From Candidatus Cloacimonadota bacterium (lineage in GTDB: Bacteria; Muiribacteriota; UBA6191), in NCBI GenBank assembly GCA_023954715.1, contig JAGSHD010000001.1, positions 556,468 through 600,611 on the forward strand: a DNA stretch of 44,144 nucleotides, read 5' to 3'. Both the position numbers and the translations under genes were made by a program. Within the stretch, counting starts at the first letter, position 1, and the number at the start of each line of letters is the position of its first letter. The notes under the pieces are model-generated. The model worked only from the letters and a program-made list of their open reading frames with translations, ran no database searches and had not been told where the DNA came from. This document shows, one piece after another, positions 8,215 to 18,436 of this stretch.

Positions 8215-9074
8215 AATGATTGATTAGAGTTTTGAAATAAAATCGCTTGATCATTTTTTCTTGGTGAAGTTTTTACGATAAACTTGTCTCCAAGCCTTCT
8301 ATTAACAAAAGCTTCTTTTAAAATCGTATATAAATGATTCTGCTTTGAAAATGCTTCTTTTTTATTTTTGATAAAAGTACTATTAATAATTTTTCCATTT
8401 TCTAAAAAAGCTTCATAGTCAAAGTAAAAATAACTCGATGGCGAAACCTTTGCTCCATCTCCAGACTGAGTAACCCAAATCATTAAGTCATTTACCTCAA
8501 CTGCATCTTTTGAATTTGGTTTTTCAAATTTAACTTTATGTTTTGGTTTAACTATCTCTTCTAAAAATACTTCAAATCTTAAATTAGATTTTGGTGGAAT
8601 CAATCCCCCCTGTGACTTCTCTCCATAAGCTAAAAAATACGGTACTTTGATATTTGCATGACTCAAAAGTGGCACTTTAAGTATACCCTCTGATAGTCCT
8701 TGAATTACACCTGGAAATCCAGCATAAAACTCTATATAACTCTCATCCTCAAAACTAGAGTCAAAGCGAGTACCATTAGAAAACATACCTTTATATTTAA
8801 CTTTTACCAAGTCACCAGGTTTTGGATAACTAGTAGTCATTGATTTAAAAACCGAAACACTTAACTGTTGAAACTCTTCTACTTGTATCAAGTCCATTTG
8901 AAACGTACTCATCTCATTTGTAGTATATTTTTCGATTCGCTTACTAGCCGGATCCATGGATTTGGAGATTAAGTAAGTTTCATACGCACCAAAAAAACAA
9001 GCAAAAATACATGAAAATAGGACTAAATCTCTCCATAAACAATCTGAAGAATCTTTTTCTGTATTTTTAGACAT
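8193..9074 (-). CDS. FKBP-type peptidyl-prolyl cis-trans isomerase, N-terminally membrane-anchored
   Basis: N-terminal TM (LVLFSCIFACFFGAY), then a canonical FKBP domain GDLVKVKYKGMFSNGTRFDSSFE...GVIQGLSEGILKV...YGEKSQGGLIPPKSNLRFEVFLEEI, plus a second degenerate FKBP-like half. Confidence 0.8.
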   Translation of the reverse strand: MSKNTEKDSSDCLWRDLVLFSCIFACFFGAYETYLISKSMDPASKRIEKYTTNEMSTFQMDLIQVEEFQQLSVSVFKSMTTSYPKPGDLVKVKYKGMFSNGTRFDSSFEDESYIEFYAGFPGVIQGLSEGILKVPLLSHANIKVPYFLAYGEKSQGGLIPPKSNLRFEVFLEEIVKPKHKVKFEKPNSKDAVEVNDLMIWVTQSGDGAKVSPSSYFYFDYEAFLENGKIINSTFIKNKKEAFSKQNHLYTILKEAFVNRRLGDKFIVKTSPRKNDQAILFQNSNQSFYFVISL

Positions 9075-9080
9075 TACACA

Positions 9081-11351
9081 TTAAGCCTTTATCTCTTGTA
9101 TTTTTGTCGTAACTTTATCTAATCTTTGTTGTTGCTTGGGGTCTGTCACGATTCCTTTAGATGCTTTTATAATCTCTAATGCTTTATCTAACTCACCTAA
9201 TTTTAAGCTGGTTGAAACTAAATCTCCATACCAAGAATCATTTTCGATTGTTAAAAAACCAAAAACAAGTTGTTTATAGGCATTTTTAAAATCACCTAAC
9301 TTTATGAATACTTGTGACAATAAAGAGTGTAAACGTACAGTATCGGGCAGAGTGCCATCTTGTATCATTTTTAAGATCTTTCTAAAAATAGGCCCCTGAA
9401 TCATTGATTTTGGCATTGCCGTCAATATTTCTATGAAGTTTCTATAATATCGATATTTGACATCTTGCTGATGTAATTTAGTTAGTAAAAACTCATCGCC
9501 TTTTTTAGCTTTTTTATACTGATAAGACAAGATTTCAAAGGTTAGCATACAGGTTTCATCTTGAGCAATAAGTCGTAAACATTGCTCCGTATCAACATCT
9601 TGCTCCATTTGCCGTGCTATATGAACTAAGGCCATTTGTATAAAAAAGTTTCGTAAGTATTTTTCACCAAGTTTACCGATAAACTGATGAGCTTTTCTCC
9701 ACTGTTTTTTAAGGCATAGGTCTCTTATTTTTATCATATACTCAAACAAGACATCATCAATAACACCATTAGAGCTTGAAACAAAGTCATGATCTCTAAA
9801 CCATATTTCTAAGTTTTCAATGATGATTGGATGTACATAATCTGTTGGCGTAAATTTTACATAATCATAAATTTGACGAATAGCTTGAATACCAACTCGT
9901 TGATCCACAGCACTTTCTGTAGCGATCAACTCTCTTAAATCATCTAAAACATAAGTAATCCCACCTAAAAACAAGACATAAGCTGCTACTGCTCTGTTTC
10001 TACCAGAATAGCTTTGATAATTTCGCTCTACATAGGATCGTAAGTCTGAGTTTGCCCAAAACTCTAGCCCTAGTAAAGCCGCTCTTTGGATCTCAACGTT
10101 TTCATCACCAAGTAACTCTTGATAGAGATCCTCTTTACCAGCTGGAACACTTTTAGCTATAGCATCAATACAAACTGAAACGATCTCTACATTATCTTTG
10201 TTTTTATTTAAAAGGTCATTGTAAAAGTCAAATAATGAAGCGTCTTCTAGGGTAGCTAATTGCTCAATTGCTTGAATTGTCACAAAGTCGATGTGACGAT
10301 CGCAAGCTTTCATCAATATATTTTTTACTTTTTCAGATTGGTTTCCTTGTAAAAAACGAATCACTTCTGTCAAAATATCTTCTCTTGTTTCGGATAATAA
10401 TAAAGAAGAGATCCAGTCTAACATTCTTTCATCTTTAGAAAACAACCTCGCCCCTTGAACCGCCATGATTCGAGCATCAAAAGAAGAGTTATTTAATAGA
10501 TTTGAAATTATTTTTAAACCTTTTTGTAAATCGTCATTAGACTTATTGTTTTCATATCGAATTGCCATTACTTCAGCAACGGTAGTAGCTAAACTAAAAC
10601 AATTTGAATCGGCATAGGTTTCTAACAAACTATCAGCAACTTGAGCCTCTTTTTTTAAGAAAATTAGACTTTGAATGGCTGCATTTACTACTAAATCAGC
10701 CTGCTTTTGTAAACATGACATGATTAGAGGAAACGCTATGTCTAAATCACCTTGGGCCATTACTCTTAGATAAGATGCTTTTAGATCAACACCTTCACAT
10801 TCATTGAATCGAGTCTTTAACATTTGGGTCTGAGCTTTTGAAAATTCACAAGTAAACAAAATCAATTTATCAAGTATAAATACTTCTTCTTCTTTGTTTA
10901 CATTGCCCAGGGACTCAATAACAAAATCTAAGCCTTCCGGATCTCCTAACTGACCCAAAGTAGCTATCATATCTTTTTTAACATGAGTTTCAAATTTATC
11001 CTGATTTTTTAACAAAAACTGGGTAATCTCTTTTGGTTTACCAAAATGCTTAAATGTGGAAAGAACCTCAATCTGTTGACCCATTGCTAAAGAAAAAATT
11101 TGTTTAGTCAAAACTTTGGCATAATAAGCGCTTGGCTTATTTTGGATGACTTTTATAACTGAATCAAAATATTCTTTGATATTAGATTCAGTAACCACTA
11201 GCTCGTCATATTTTGTAGATTTTAAATTTGCAATGAGCAAAATAGAAGTATGAACTAAATCCTTTTTGGGACTTTTCAATAGATCCGGTAAAAAATCAAA
11301 ATGAGGCGATAGAATTACCTCTAATAGATCTAATAATTTATTTGAAGACAT
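9081..11351 (-). CDS. large HEAT/ARM-repeat protein (756 aa), unknown function
   Basis: Repetitive alpha-helical pairs (LLxxLxDx-type repeats such as VQGARLFSKDER, IQAIEQLATLED, RAALLGLEF). No catalytic motif. Sits 6 bp upstream of the FKBP gene. Confidence 0.6.
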   Translation of the reverse strand: MSSNKLLDLLEVILSPHFDFLPDLLKSPKKDLVHTSILLIANLKSTKYDELVVTESNIKEYFDSVIKVIQNKPSAYYAKVLTKQIFSLAMGQQIEVLSTFKHFGKPKEITQFLLKNQDKFETHVKKDMIATLGQLGDPEGLDFVIESLGNVNKEEEVFILDKLILFTCEFSKAQTQMLKTRFNECEGVDLKASYLRVMAQGDLDIAFPLIMSCLQKQADLVVNAAIQSLIFLKKEAQVADSLLETYADSNCFSLATTVAEVMAIRYENNKSNDDLQKGLKIISNLLNNSSFDARIMAVQGARLFSKDERMLDWISSLLLSETREDILTEVIRFLQGNQSEKVKNILMKACDRHIDFVTIQAIEQLATLEDASLFDFYNDLLNKNKDNVEIVSVCIDAIAKSVPAGKEDLYQELLGDENVEIQRAALLGLEFWANSDLRSYVERNYQSYSGRNRAVAAYVLFLGGITYVLDDLRELIATESAVDQRVGIQAIRQIYDYVKFTPTDYVHPIIIENLEIWFRDHDFVSSSNGVIDDVLFEYMIKIRDLCLKKQWRKAHQFIGKLGEKYLRNFFIQMALVHIARQMEQDVDTEQCLRLIAQDETCMLTFEILSYQYKKAKKGDEFLLTKLHQQDVKYRYYRNFIEILTAMPKSMIQGPIFRKILKMIQDGTLPDTVRLHSLLSQVFIKLGDFKNAYKQLVFGFLTIENDSWYGDLVSTSLKLGELDKALEIIKASKGIVTDPKQQQRLDKVTTKIQEIKA

Positions 11352-11504
11352 TTTATTCCAATCTAAATCAAACTACCTATACCACTTGTGTAGTATAAAT
11401 ACTCTATGTCACTGATACCAATACAGTTATTTGAGAAACTAACAAATTTCAGTATGTTTTGTTTCTTTGAATATTAATATTTTCGGATAAATAGGACACT
11501 TGTA

Positions 11505-12890
11505 TTAGTCCTCTCTACGAGACATATTATAGAATGAGGCATTGTTTTTATCAAATGCCAAATGTACGGTGCCAGTAGGTCCATTTCTGTGCTTGGCTAC
11601 GATCAGTTCAGCCTTACCCTTGGACTCTTCGGCATTAGGGTTATAATACTCATCTCGATACAAAAACATAATCAAATCTGCATCTTGCTCAATGGCCCCT
11701 GAAGATCTTAAATCACTATTCATAGGTCGCTTATCTGCTCGAGATTCAACTCCCCTTGAAAGCTGAGATAAACAGATAATTGGTACTTTAAACTCTTTAG
11801 CCATTCCTTTTAAATCTTTTGATATTTGAGTGACTGCTTCATATTCGTTCATGTTAGCATCAGTAGCTCGAATCAGGCCTAAATAATCAATAACAACCAT
11901 GCCAATTTCTGCTGTTTCATCTCTATCTTGGAGCTCTTTACGAATTCGTCTTAAATCATTTTTCATATCATAAACAGTCATGGATCCAGAGTCATTGATA
12001 TATAGTGGAGAAGAGCTTACTTCACCTTGTGCTTTAACCAAACCGGAGATATCAGAGCTAGTTAGTTTATGACCTGTAATCAATTTGGATCCATTTATTT
12101 TAGCCATGCAAGAGAAAATTCTGTTCATTAATTGTCGGCCTGGCATTTCTAAAGAGTACATTACTAATGGAATCTTTTGATCAACAGCTATATTTTTACA
12201 CAACTGTAAAACAAAGGCAGTTTTACCCATAGATGGTCTAGCCCCCAAAATAATCAAATCAGACTCTTGAAAGCCCATTGTGATTTGATCTAACTCAGAT
12301 AATCCACTACTTACACCAGAAGTAGCTCCATCACCAGCAGAGGCCTCCGCAATAAACTTCCAGGCCTCTTCTGCATAAAATTCAGCATGTTTTGCAAAGC
12401 GATCTTCAGATGTTTTTCCGATGGAAAAGATTTGATTTTCGGCTTTTTCTAACAAATCTTTTACTGGAGTTGTTTCTTCGTAAGACTCAGACAATATAAA
12501 ATTTGCCGCCTCGATTAGCTGTCTTGCACTCGCTTTTTCAACTATAATTTGTACATAACTCATATAGTTACTAGAGCTTGGTATAATCGACATTAGTTTA
12601 TCTAAATAAGCTGAGCCCCCAGATTCGTTAAAAATCCTAGAGGTTTTTAACTCATCAGCCACCGTAATATAATCAATGGATCTTGATTTTAATGCCAAAT
12701 CTTTTGCTGCTTTATAAATTACCTGATGAATCTTTCTATAAAAGTGCTCTGGCTCTAAACTAGCCTGAATTTGATCAAAACTATCGTCTGGGAAGGCAAA
12801 AATCGTTGCCAATACAGACTCTTCTGCATCTAAGTTTTGAGGAGGTACTCTTTGAATCTGTGCATTGTTATTGTTTTGAATATCTGACAT
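11505..12890 (-). CDS. dnaB: replicative DNA helicase DnaB
   Basis: Walker A GARPSMGKTAF, DnaB C-terminal RecA-like fold motifs (MVVIDYLGLI, SQLSRGVESR), N-terminal ESVLATIFAFPD DnaB N-domain. Conserved position after rplI. Confidence 0.9.
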   Translation of the reverse strand: MSDIQNNNNAQIQRVPPQNLDAEESVLATIFAFPDDSFDQIQASLEPEHFYRKIHQVIYKAAKDLALKSRSIDYITVADELKTSRIFNESGGSAYLDKLMSIIPSSSNYMSYVQIIVEKASARQLIEAANFILSESYEETTPVKDLLEKAENQIFSIGKTSEDRFAKHAEFYAEEAWKFIAEASAGDGATSGVSSGLSELDQITMGFQESDLIILGARPSMGKTAFVLQLCKNIAVDQKIPLVMYSLEMPGRQLMNRIFSCMAKINGSKLITGHKLTSSDISGLVKAQGEVSSSPLYINDSGSMTVYDMKNDLRRIRKELQDRDETAEIGMVVIDYLGLIRATDANMNEYEAVTQISKDLKGMAKEFKVPIICLSQLSRGVESRADKRPMNSDLRSSGAIEQDADLIMFLYRDEYYNPNAEESKGKAELIVAKHRNGPTGTVHLAFDKNNASFYNMSRRED

Positions 12891-13086
12891 GGTTTCCTGT
12901 AATAGATAATAGACTTAACATAGCTGTAAAATACATGGTTTAAAGCTCAATCAAGATTAAAAGATTATACTATTATATATCCTTTAAATTCAAAAATATA
13001 GAACAAATTAATAGCCTATTTTTATCCAATATAAAATATCTCTCTAAGACCTATATATAGTTTAAAAGTTTGATATTTTCGAGACT

Positions 13087-13130
13087 AAAAAAAAATCATC
13101 CTTACTATAAATAATAAGGATGATCTTTTT
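13087..13130 (-). terminator. rho-independent terminator downstream of rplI (bidirectional hairpin)
   Basis: 10-bp perfect stem ATCATCCTTA (13095..13104) / TAAGGATGAT (13115..13124) with a 10-nt loop. On the minus-strand transcript it is followed by 8 U (complement of the A-run 13087..13094). On the plus side it is followed by 5 T. Confidence 0.65.
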
Positions 13131-13184
13131 AAGACAGCACTAAAACTAGGTCTTAGTGCTTGAATTTAACATTCAAAGCGGTGA

Positions 13185-13736
13185 TTACTCACCAGCTTCT
13201 TCAGCTTCTTTTGCAGCAGCAGCTTCAGCAGCGGCAGCAGCAGCATAAGCAGCTTCAGCTTCTGCAGCGGCAGCAGCTAACTCCTCATGGTTTTCAGCTT
13301 GAACGTTAACAATCAGCATACCAGAAATTCCAGTTTCTAAACGAATTTTAACTTGAAATTCACCAATTGTCTTAACAGGTACAGATAAGTGAAGTTGCTT
13401 CTTATCAACTTCAATTAAATGCTTTTCTTTTAATTCAGTTACGATATCTTCTTTGGTTACAGAACCAAACAATTTACCTTCTTCTGAAGATTTTCTAGTA
13501 AAATCAACGCTAATTCTTGCAAGTCTATCTGCAAGCTCTTCTGCGTTACTAAATCTTACTTTTCTCATTTCTTCAGCTTTTACAATCTTATTTGCTCTAT
13601 CTTTACGAGCAGCAGGAGATGATACCATTGCTAAGTTGTTAGGTAACAAGTAATTTCTTGCATACCCTGGCTTAACTTTTACTATCTCGTTTGCATATCC
13701 TAAAGTAGGAACATCCTTAGTTAGAATTAATTCCAT
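13185..13736 (-). CDS. rplI: 50S ribosomal protein L9 with a ~30-aa Ala/Glu-rich C-terminal extension
   Basis: MELILTKDVPTLGYANEIVKVKPGYARNYLLP is the canonical L9 N-domain. The length of 183 aa exceeds the usual ~150 aa because of the AAAAAEAEAAYAAAAAAEAAAAKEAEEAGE tail. Confidence 0.9.
   Translation of the reverse strand: MELILTKDVPTLGYANEIVKVKPGYARNYLLPNNLAMVSSPAARKDRANKIVKAEEMRKVRFSNAEELADRLARISVDFTRKSSEEGKLFGSVTKEDIVTELKEKHLIEVDKKQLHLSVPVKTIGEFQVKIRLETGISGMLIVNVQAENHEELAAAAAEAEAAYAAAAAAEAAAAKEAEEAGE
13188..13286 (-). repeat. imperfect (GCN)n trinucleotide tract encoding the poly-Ala/Glu tail of L9
   Basis: gcttcttcagcttcttttgcagcagcagcttcagcagcggcagcagcagcataagcagcttcagcttctgcagcggcagcagc is directly visible as GCT/GCA/GCG repeats. 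Confidence 0.6.
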
Positions 13737-13738
13737 GA

Positions 13739-14788
13739 CTAAGCTCCTTTATTTACATCAACTATATATAATTTTCTCATATTTACTAAGCTATCTATTA
13801 AACCAATCATTATTAAAAAGTTCCAGTAAAATAGACTAACTAAGTATAACAAAACCCTGGATGTACGCGATAATTTCCAACGCATTGAAAGGAATGTCAC
13901 AAACGACAATCCAAACAAAAAATACATAAATTCCATGGTAAAGCTAATGCTTTTCATGATTTCAACAACTAATGCGAAATCACTCTTGCTTAAATAGCTT
14001 GTACCAAAAACACAAATTACAAAAACCCAACTAACAATTCCAGGACATTGCCAGTTAGTAAAGTTTAATGGAGCAACATATCCAAATCGAAAATGTCGCG
14101 ACATCCAAACACTAAGAAAATAAGTAAAGAATAGATTACAAAATGAGTAAATCATAAACAAAGGCATAGGACTAGAGATTAACTCTTGTACCCTGTCCAT
14201 AAGTCGAATTATAATAACTTCACTTTTTTTCAATTCTGTTAGAAGATCTTTTTTTTCTTGAACTAATTGAGGAGACACTGAATCCGAACTCACTAGTTTT
14301 CGATACTCTATATTCGCTTCTTCTAACTTTTTCCTTAGTGGCTGTAAATTTGTTTTTTCAAAATGTTCTACCATTTTGACGCCCATCAAATCAAACTGCT
14401 TTTTTGTTTCTACTCCTGAAAGCTTCTCTTCATTTTGAAACTCAAAATAAGTTAAGCTACCAGTCAGCATAGCTCCTATCATAATTATATTCATTAATGA
14501 ATATTTATAATAAAATCCCACACCAAGCACTAGAGATACTGCACCAAATAGTAAAAAATATACTACTGATGAAACTATCCCAAAACTAAGTGTCAAACAA
14601 ACCATTACGCAAGCAATGGACATAGTTAAGATCTTTGGACCTTTTTCACTACCAAGTAAAATCAAAGGTACGGGCATAAGAAAGATGCTTACTATATTTA
14701 ACAACGGAAACCCTTTAGTCGCATATAATACAACTGTTAAGGCTACCATCATTGCAGCTCTTGATATGTCCTTGTTCTTTGATTCCAT
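13739..14788 (-). CDS. polytopic membrane protein, YybS/DUF2232-like, with a central coiled-coil insert
   Basis: About 8 predicted TM helices. Its position between rpsR and rplI mirrors B. subtilis yybS. The attribution rests on synteny and topology only. Confidence 0.5.
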   Translation of the reverse strand: MESKNKDISRAAMMVALTVVLYATKGFPLLNIVSIFLMPVPLILLGSEKGPKILTMSIACVMVCLTLSFGIVSSVVYFLLFGAVSLVLGVGFYYKYSLMNIIMIGAMLTGSLTYFEFQNEEKLSGVETKKQFDLMGVKMVEHFEKTNLQPLRKKLEEANIEYRKLVSSDSVSPQLVQEKKDLLTELKKSEVIIIRLMDRVQELISSPMPLFMIYSFCNLFFTYFLSVWMSRHFRFGYVAPLNFTNWQCPGIVSWVFVICVFGTSYLSKSDFALVVEIMKSISFTMEFMYFLFGLSFVTFLSMRWKLSRTSRVLLYLVSLFYWNFLIMIGLIDSLVNMRKLYIVDVNKGA

Positions 14789-14795
14789 ATATTAA

Positions 14796-15101
14796 TTAAA
14801 TATACTTTTCTGGGCTAAACGGTAGAAGAGCCATATATCTAGCTCTCTTGATAGCAAGAGTCAATCTCTTTTGGTGTCTCAACTTTGTTCCAGTTGTTCT
14901 ACCAGGAAGTATTGTCCCTTTATCATTAACAAAACGCTTTAGGAGATTTACATCTTTATAGTCGATGTAGTCGATTCCTTCTTTTGTGAAATGACAGAAC
15001 TTTTTCTTTGGTTCAATGCCTAATTTTTTCTGAAGAATCAGTTTTCTTCTTCTTTTTTTCTCTTTTTTCTTTTTCTTACCATTGTCGTATCTACGTGGCA
15101 T
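14796..15101 (-). CDS. rpsR: 30S ribosomal protein S18 with a poly-basic N-terminal extension
   Basis: The C-terminal [32 protein letters not shown] is the S18 signature. The N-terminus is [12 protein letters not shown]. Confidence 0.9.
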   Translation of the reverse strand: MPRRYDNGKKKKKEKKRRRKLILQKKLGIEPKKKFCHFTKEGIDYIDYKDVNLLKRFVNDKGTILPGRTTGTKLRHQKRLTLAIKRARYMALLPFSPEKYI

Positions 15102-15120
15102 GGTTACTCCTTTGTTTTAT

Positions 15121-15552
15121 TTAAAACGGGATTTCGTCGTCTGATATCTCATCGATTGATGAAATGTCGACTGTTTTACTAGTTGTTTGAGAAGCTTCTG
15201 AATAACTACCTTCAGAAGCGCCACCTCCGCCGAGAAATTGAACTGATTGAGCTATAACTTCGGTTCTGTATCGCTTAACGCCATCTTCCCCTTGCCAGTT
15301 ACTTATACTCAATCGACCTTCAACGAAAACCGGTCGTCCCTTTTTCAAGTATTGACCGCAATTCTCAGCTTGTTTGTTGAAAGTCACAATTCGGATGAAA
15401 AGAGTTTCGTCTTTTCCATCGTCTTTTTGGCTTTTATAACTTGAATTTACTGCAATATCAAAATTACATACAGCTAGACCACCTGGAGTATATCTCAACT
15501 CAGGATCTCTAGTTAAATTTCCCATAAAAATTACTTTGTTAAATGAAGCCAT
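15121..15552 (-). CDS. ssb: single-stranded DNA-binding protein
   Basis: OB-fold N-terminus NKVIFMGNLTRDPELRYTPGG, Gly-rich linker, acidic tail ISDDEIPF. Confidence 0.9.
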   Translation of the reverse strand: MASFNKVIFMGNLTRDPELRYTPGGLAVCNFDIAVNSSYKSQKDDGKDETLFIRIVTFNKQAENCGQYLKKGRPVFVEGRLSISNWQGEDGVKRYRTEVIAQSVQFLGGGGASEGSYSEASQTTSKTVDISSIDEISDDEIPF

Positions 15553-15561
15553 AATAAAACC

Positions 15562-15888
15562 TTACGCTACTTTTTCTTTTGTAGGTTTCATTAAATCATC
15601 TCTTCTGATTACCAAGAATCTTAAAACTGGAGTTTGAATTCTTAAGAATGCCTCTAGTTTTGCAATTGCAGAAGGAACACTATCTAGATTTACTAAATAA
15701 TAAACGCCTTCTCTTAAATCCTTGATTTCATAAGCTAACTTCTTTTTTCCCCAGTTTTCTAGAGAAACGAAATCAGCACCACTTTTAGTACCTAAATCTT
15801 TTAATCGATCAAATACCACATTGATTTTTGACTCATCCACGTTTGGATCTGTCAAAACCATCATTTCATATAATCTTTTCTTTTCCAC
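15562..15888 (-). CDS. rpsF: 30S ribosomal protein S6
   Basis: YEMMVLTDPNVDESK...LAYEIK matches the S6 family. First gene of the rpsF-ssb-rpsR cluster. Confidence 0.85.
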   Translation of the reverse strand: MEKKRLYEMMVLTDPNVDESKINVVFDRLKDLGTKSGADFVSLENWGKKKLAYEIKDLREGVYYLVNLDSVPSAIAKLEAFLRIQTPVLRFLVIRRDDLMKPTKEKVA

Positions 15889-15973
15889 TGTAACTCTCCT
15901 AAAGCTTTGGTTTTACGTTGGAAACGTTAATACATTTACATTAAAATCCGTCAAAAAAAACGGACTGGCCATA

Positions 15974-16759
15974 CTACAGTACATTAACTGAGATTTCAAA
16001 TCCTTCATACTTTCTTATGTTTAAAGCTCCAGATTCAAACATTAGATACTGTCCTTTAATCCCAATTAGCTTATCTTCGATAATTGGAGTCTTGTCTAAG
16101 TTATAGCTTTTTACCTTTAAAGGATACTCTAAAACTGGATAATGAATCTTAGTTATCTCATCATCTATTGGTGTAAAACCCTCTTGCTCTACTACTTTTA
16201 AAGCTTCGGCTTTAGCATCAATCAACTCTTGTTCTTCATAGGTAGAGGACTTCAACATTTTTTGCCAACTGGTTCGATCCTTAAAAAACTTTTTTAGCTT
16301 TACCTCTAATAGTCCTGAAGATAGACGATCTTTTACAGAAGCTATTTTTACAGCCATGGTGGCCCCTTGATCGATCCATCTAGTGGTTTCGTTTCCACCA
16401 CGAGTAATACCTACCTTAACATTAGATGAGTAAGACAAATAAACAGTATGTGGATTAAAACAAACCTCTTGTGCAAAAGTCTCATCTCTACATGTACCCT
16501 CTTTATAATGACATTTTTCAGGACTCATTATGCAAACATCAGTACAAGCTTGTGTCATAAAACAAGGATAACAGTGCCCTTGTTTCCATACTTTTTTTTC
16601 AGCACAAGCAAAGCATAAACTATTATTGAAGTATTCTACCCGAATTGTCTTACCAATCCATTCATTCATATTTTGGGTCTTATTGCTCAATTTTAACTCG
16701 TATTGAACCTGATCTTGTAGATCAACCTTCATTTTAGATTGAATATATCCTTTTATCAT
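15974..16759 (-). CDS. Cys-rich hypothetical protein (261 aa), possible zinc-ribbon or Fe-S protein
   Basis: Nine Cys within 55 residues: CFACAEKKVWKQGHCYPCFMTQACTDVCIMSPEKCHYKEGTCRDETFAQEVC. No other motif I recognise. Confidence 0.55.
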   Translation of the reverse strand: MIKGYIQSKMKVDLQDQVQYELKLSNKTQNMNEWIGKTIRVEYFNNSLCFACAEKKVWKQGHCYPCFMTQACTDVCIMSPEKCHYKEGTCRDETFAQEVCFNPHTVYLSYSSNVKVGITRGGNETTRWIDQGATMAVKIASVKDRLSSGLLEVKLKKFFKDRTSWQKMLKSSTYEEQELIDAKAEALKVVEQEGFTPIDDEITKIHYPVLEYPLKVKSYNLDKTPIIEDKLIGIKGQYLMFESGALNIRKYEGFEISVNVL

Positions 16760-17301
16760 TTTTCCTCTTCAGCTATTTTTTACAATACATTAATAAATAC
16801 TTTATGAGAGAGTTCAAACTCTATTCTCATGTCTTTTCCAAATTGAAAGTAAATACTGTAATAAAGTCATTTATTGTCTCTCACAATAAATCACAATTAT
16901 AGTGAAAAGAACACACATATATTAATATCTAAGCTAGTTTTATTTTGTTATGGTAAATGCAACTATTAGCATTTTTATATCTTCTAAGCCAGTTTGCTTT
17001 CTTCTGTTAATAAATAGAAAACTGCCATTTTTAACAATCCTATGTTGTTATGAAAATAAAAAAAAGCGCAAATATATACAAAGTGACTTATATAGTTTAA
17101 TCGAGGATACCAGGAGAGAGCAAAGGTATATTCTTATAGGGAGAAAAAAAGCACTTACAAAAAACATTTACTATCTACAGACGAATCATTTAGCTTTAAA
17201 GAAATCTGCAAAAGCAATTTTTTATAGTATTTCCTAATTGTTTATTTATACTGCTAAAAACGCTCTAAATTAATTTATAAAAATAGGATATTTTTTCGTC
17301 T

Positions 17302-17964
17302 TTACTTATGGAGTAAATTAAACTTTTGAGTTGAAGAACTATTCGCTGGATTTAATTTTTTCATACCGATGCTAAACGGTAATAAATGGTGAACCTGCAT
17401 ATATCGAACACCATATTCTTTTGGTATCCATGAATTCATACTATCTGTTTTATATGCTCTACCTATCAATTTCGTAGCATCAGTTACAAAGCTGTTTAAG
17501 TTCACATCATTACTTGAAAACAACATTGTCTTTGTATCTGATTCTATACCAAAAGCTTTACTTCTTATAGCTTGAATATAATAATCTTCATATCCATGGT
17601 TAGTTACCTTAAACAAAAAGCCTACGTATGTATTACTATCAAGTTCAACACCTGCATCATCTTTCATTTGATATGTAGGATTACCTATAGAATTATGCGT
17701 AAATTTTAAATCTAAAGTGGTAACAACTTCTAATTCTTCTCCTGAATCAATTCTTCCTGTATTCGTTTTGTAAAAGAAGATTTGCCCTTTAGCTGTGGTA
17801 AACTCTGCTGCGTTACTTTTACACACATCATGTTTAACTTCAACAGTATTTGATGCACAAATACCAAGTTCTTCTTCATATATTTTTACTACATCTTGAG
17901 CTGAAGCTATAAAGGTATTCAATGCAAACAATGATACTACTACTATTTTTCGGAAACTTGTCAT
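17302..17964 (-). CDS. secreted hypothetical protein (signal peptide MTSFRKIVVVSLFALNTFIASAQD)
   Basis: Classic Sec signal with an A-S-A cleavage site, followed by a beta-rich domain with 3 Cys. Confidence 0.6.
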   Translation of the reverse strand: MTSFRKIVVVSLFALNTFIASAQDVVKIYEEELGICASNTVEVKHDVCKSNAAEFTTAKGQIFFYKTNTGRIDSGEELEVVTTLDLKFTHNSIGNPTYQMKDDAGVELDSNTYVGFLFKVTNHGYEDYYIQAIRSKAFGIESDTKTMLFSSNDVNLNSFVTDATKLIGRAYKTDSMNSWIPKEYGVRYMQVHHLLPFSIGMKKLNPANSSSTQKFNLLHK

Positions 17965-18145
17965 AACTACTCTTTTTATAAACTTTGAATATTTGATGAT
18001 TTTATTATGTTCATAATAACTATTTTCTTACCAATTAACAAATAAAAATATACTAAAGTAAGTCTCTTAGTTTTAAAACTTCAGGTATTGCTTCAAAAAT
18101 GTTAAACCCTATCTTGATAGTGTTAGTGATGTAGACCATGCATTT

Positions 18146-18430
18146 TTGATCGATAATGAAACTTGGGGAGGGTACAATAATGATGGCACCCTCAATCCTA
18201 CTTCACAAGTTATGGTGGATCTAAGCCCTGTAATGATAGGGATTGGTGGAGGAGATGTGGGTTATGCTGAACTATACGAAGGCATCCAAAGCAATAAGGG
18301 TGTTTTTTATCAACGAGCTGAAATGAATCGTGCTAAAGCAATTACAAAAGCCCAAAAAAAGGGGAAACCAACTCCTACATCATTTTTTGGTAAATCCAAT
18401 GAGATTTACAAAATCTTATACCTAAAATAA
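18146..18430 (+). CDS. small Gly-rich ORF with a TTG start, doubtful (possible gene remnant)
   Basis: The track ORF is called with a TTG start. The frame is open upstream to 18077 without an ATG. A 9-bp stem hairpin follows the stop. Confidence 0.25.
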   Translation: MIDNETWGGYNNDGTLNPTSQVMVDLSPVMIGIGGGDVGYAELYEGIQSNKGVFYQRAEMNRAKAITKAQKKGKPTPTSFFGKSNEIYKILYLK

Positions 18431-18436
18431 GGTCTT

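Noticed and set aside
16950-17237. 95-aa plus-strand ORF in the AT-rich gap between the Cys-rich protein gene and the secreted-protein gene.
   Set aside because: K/I/Y/L-rich translation typical of AT-rich non-coding DNA. No RBS and no motif. It more likely lies in the promoter and UTR region of the flanking minus-strand genes.
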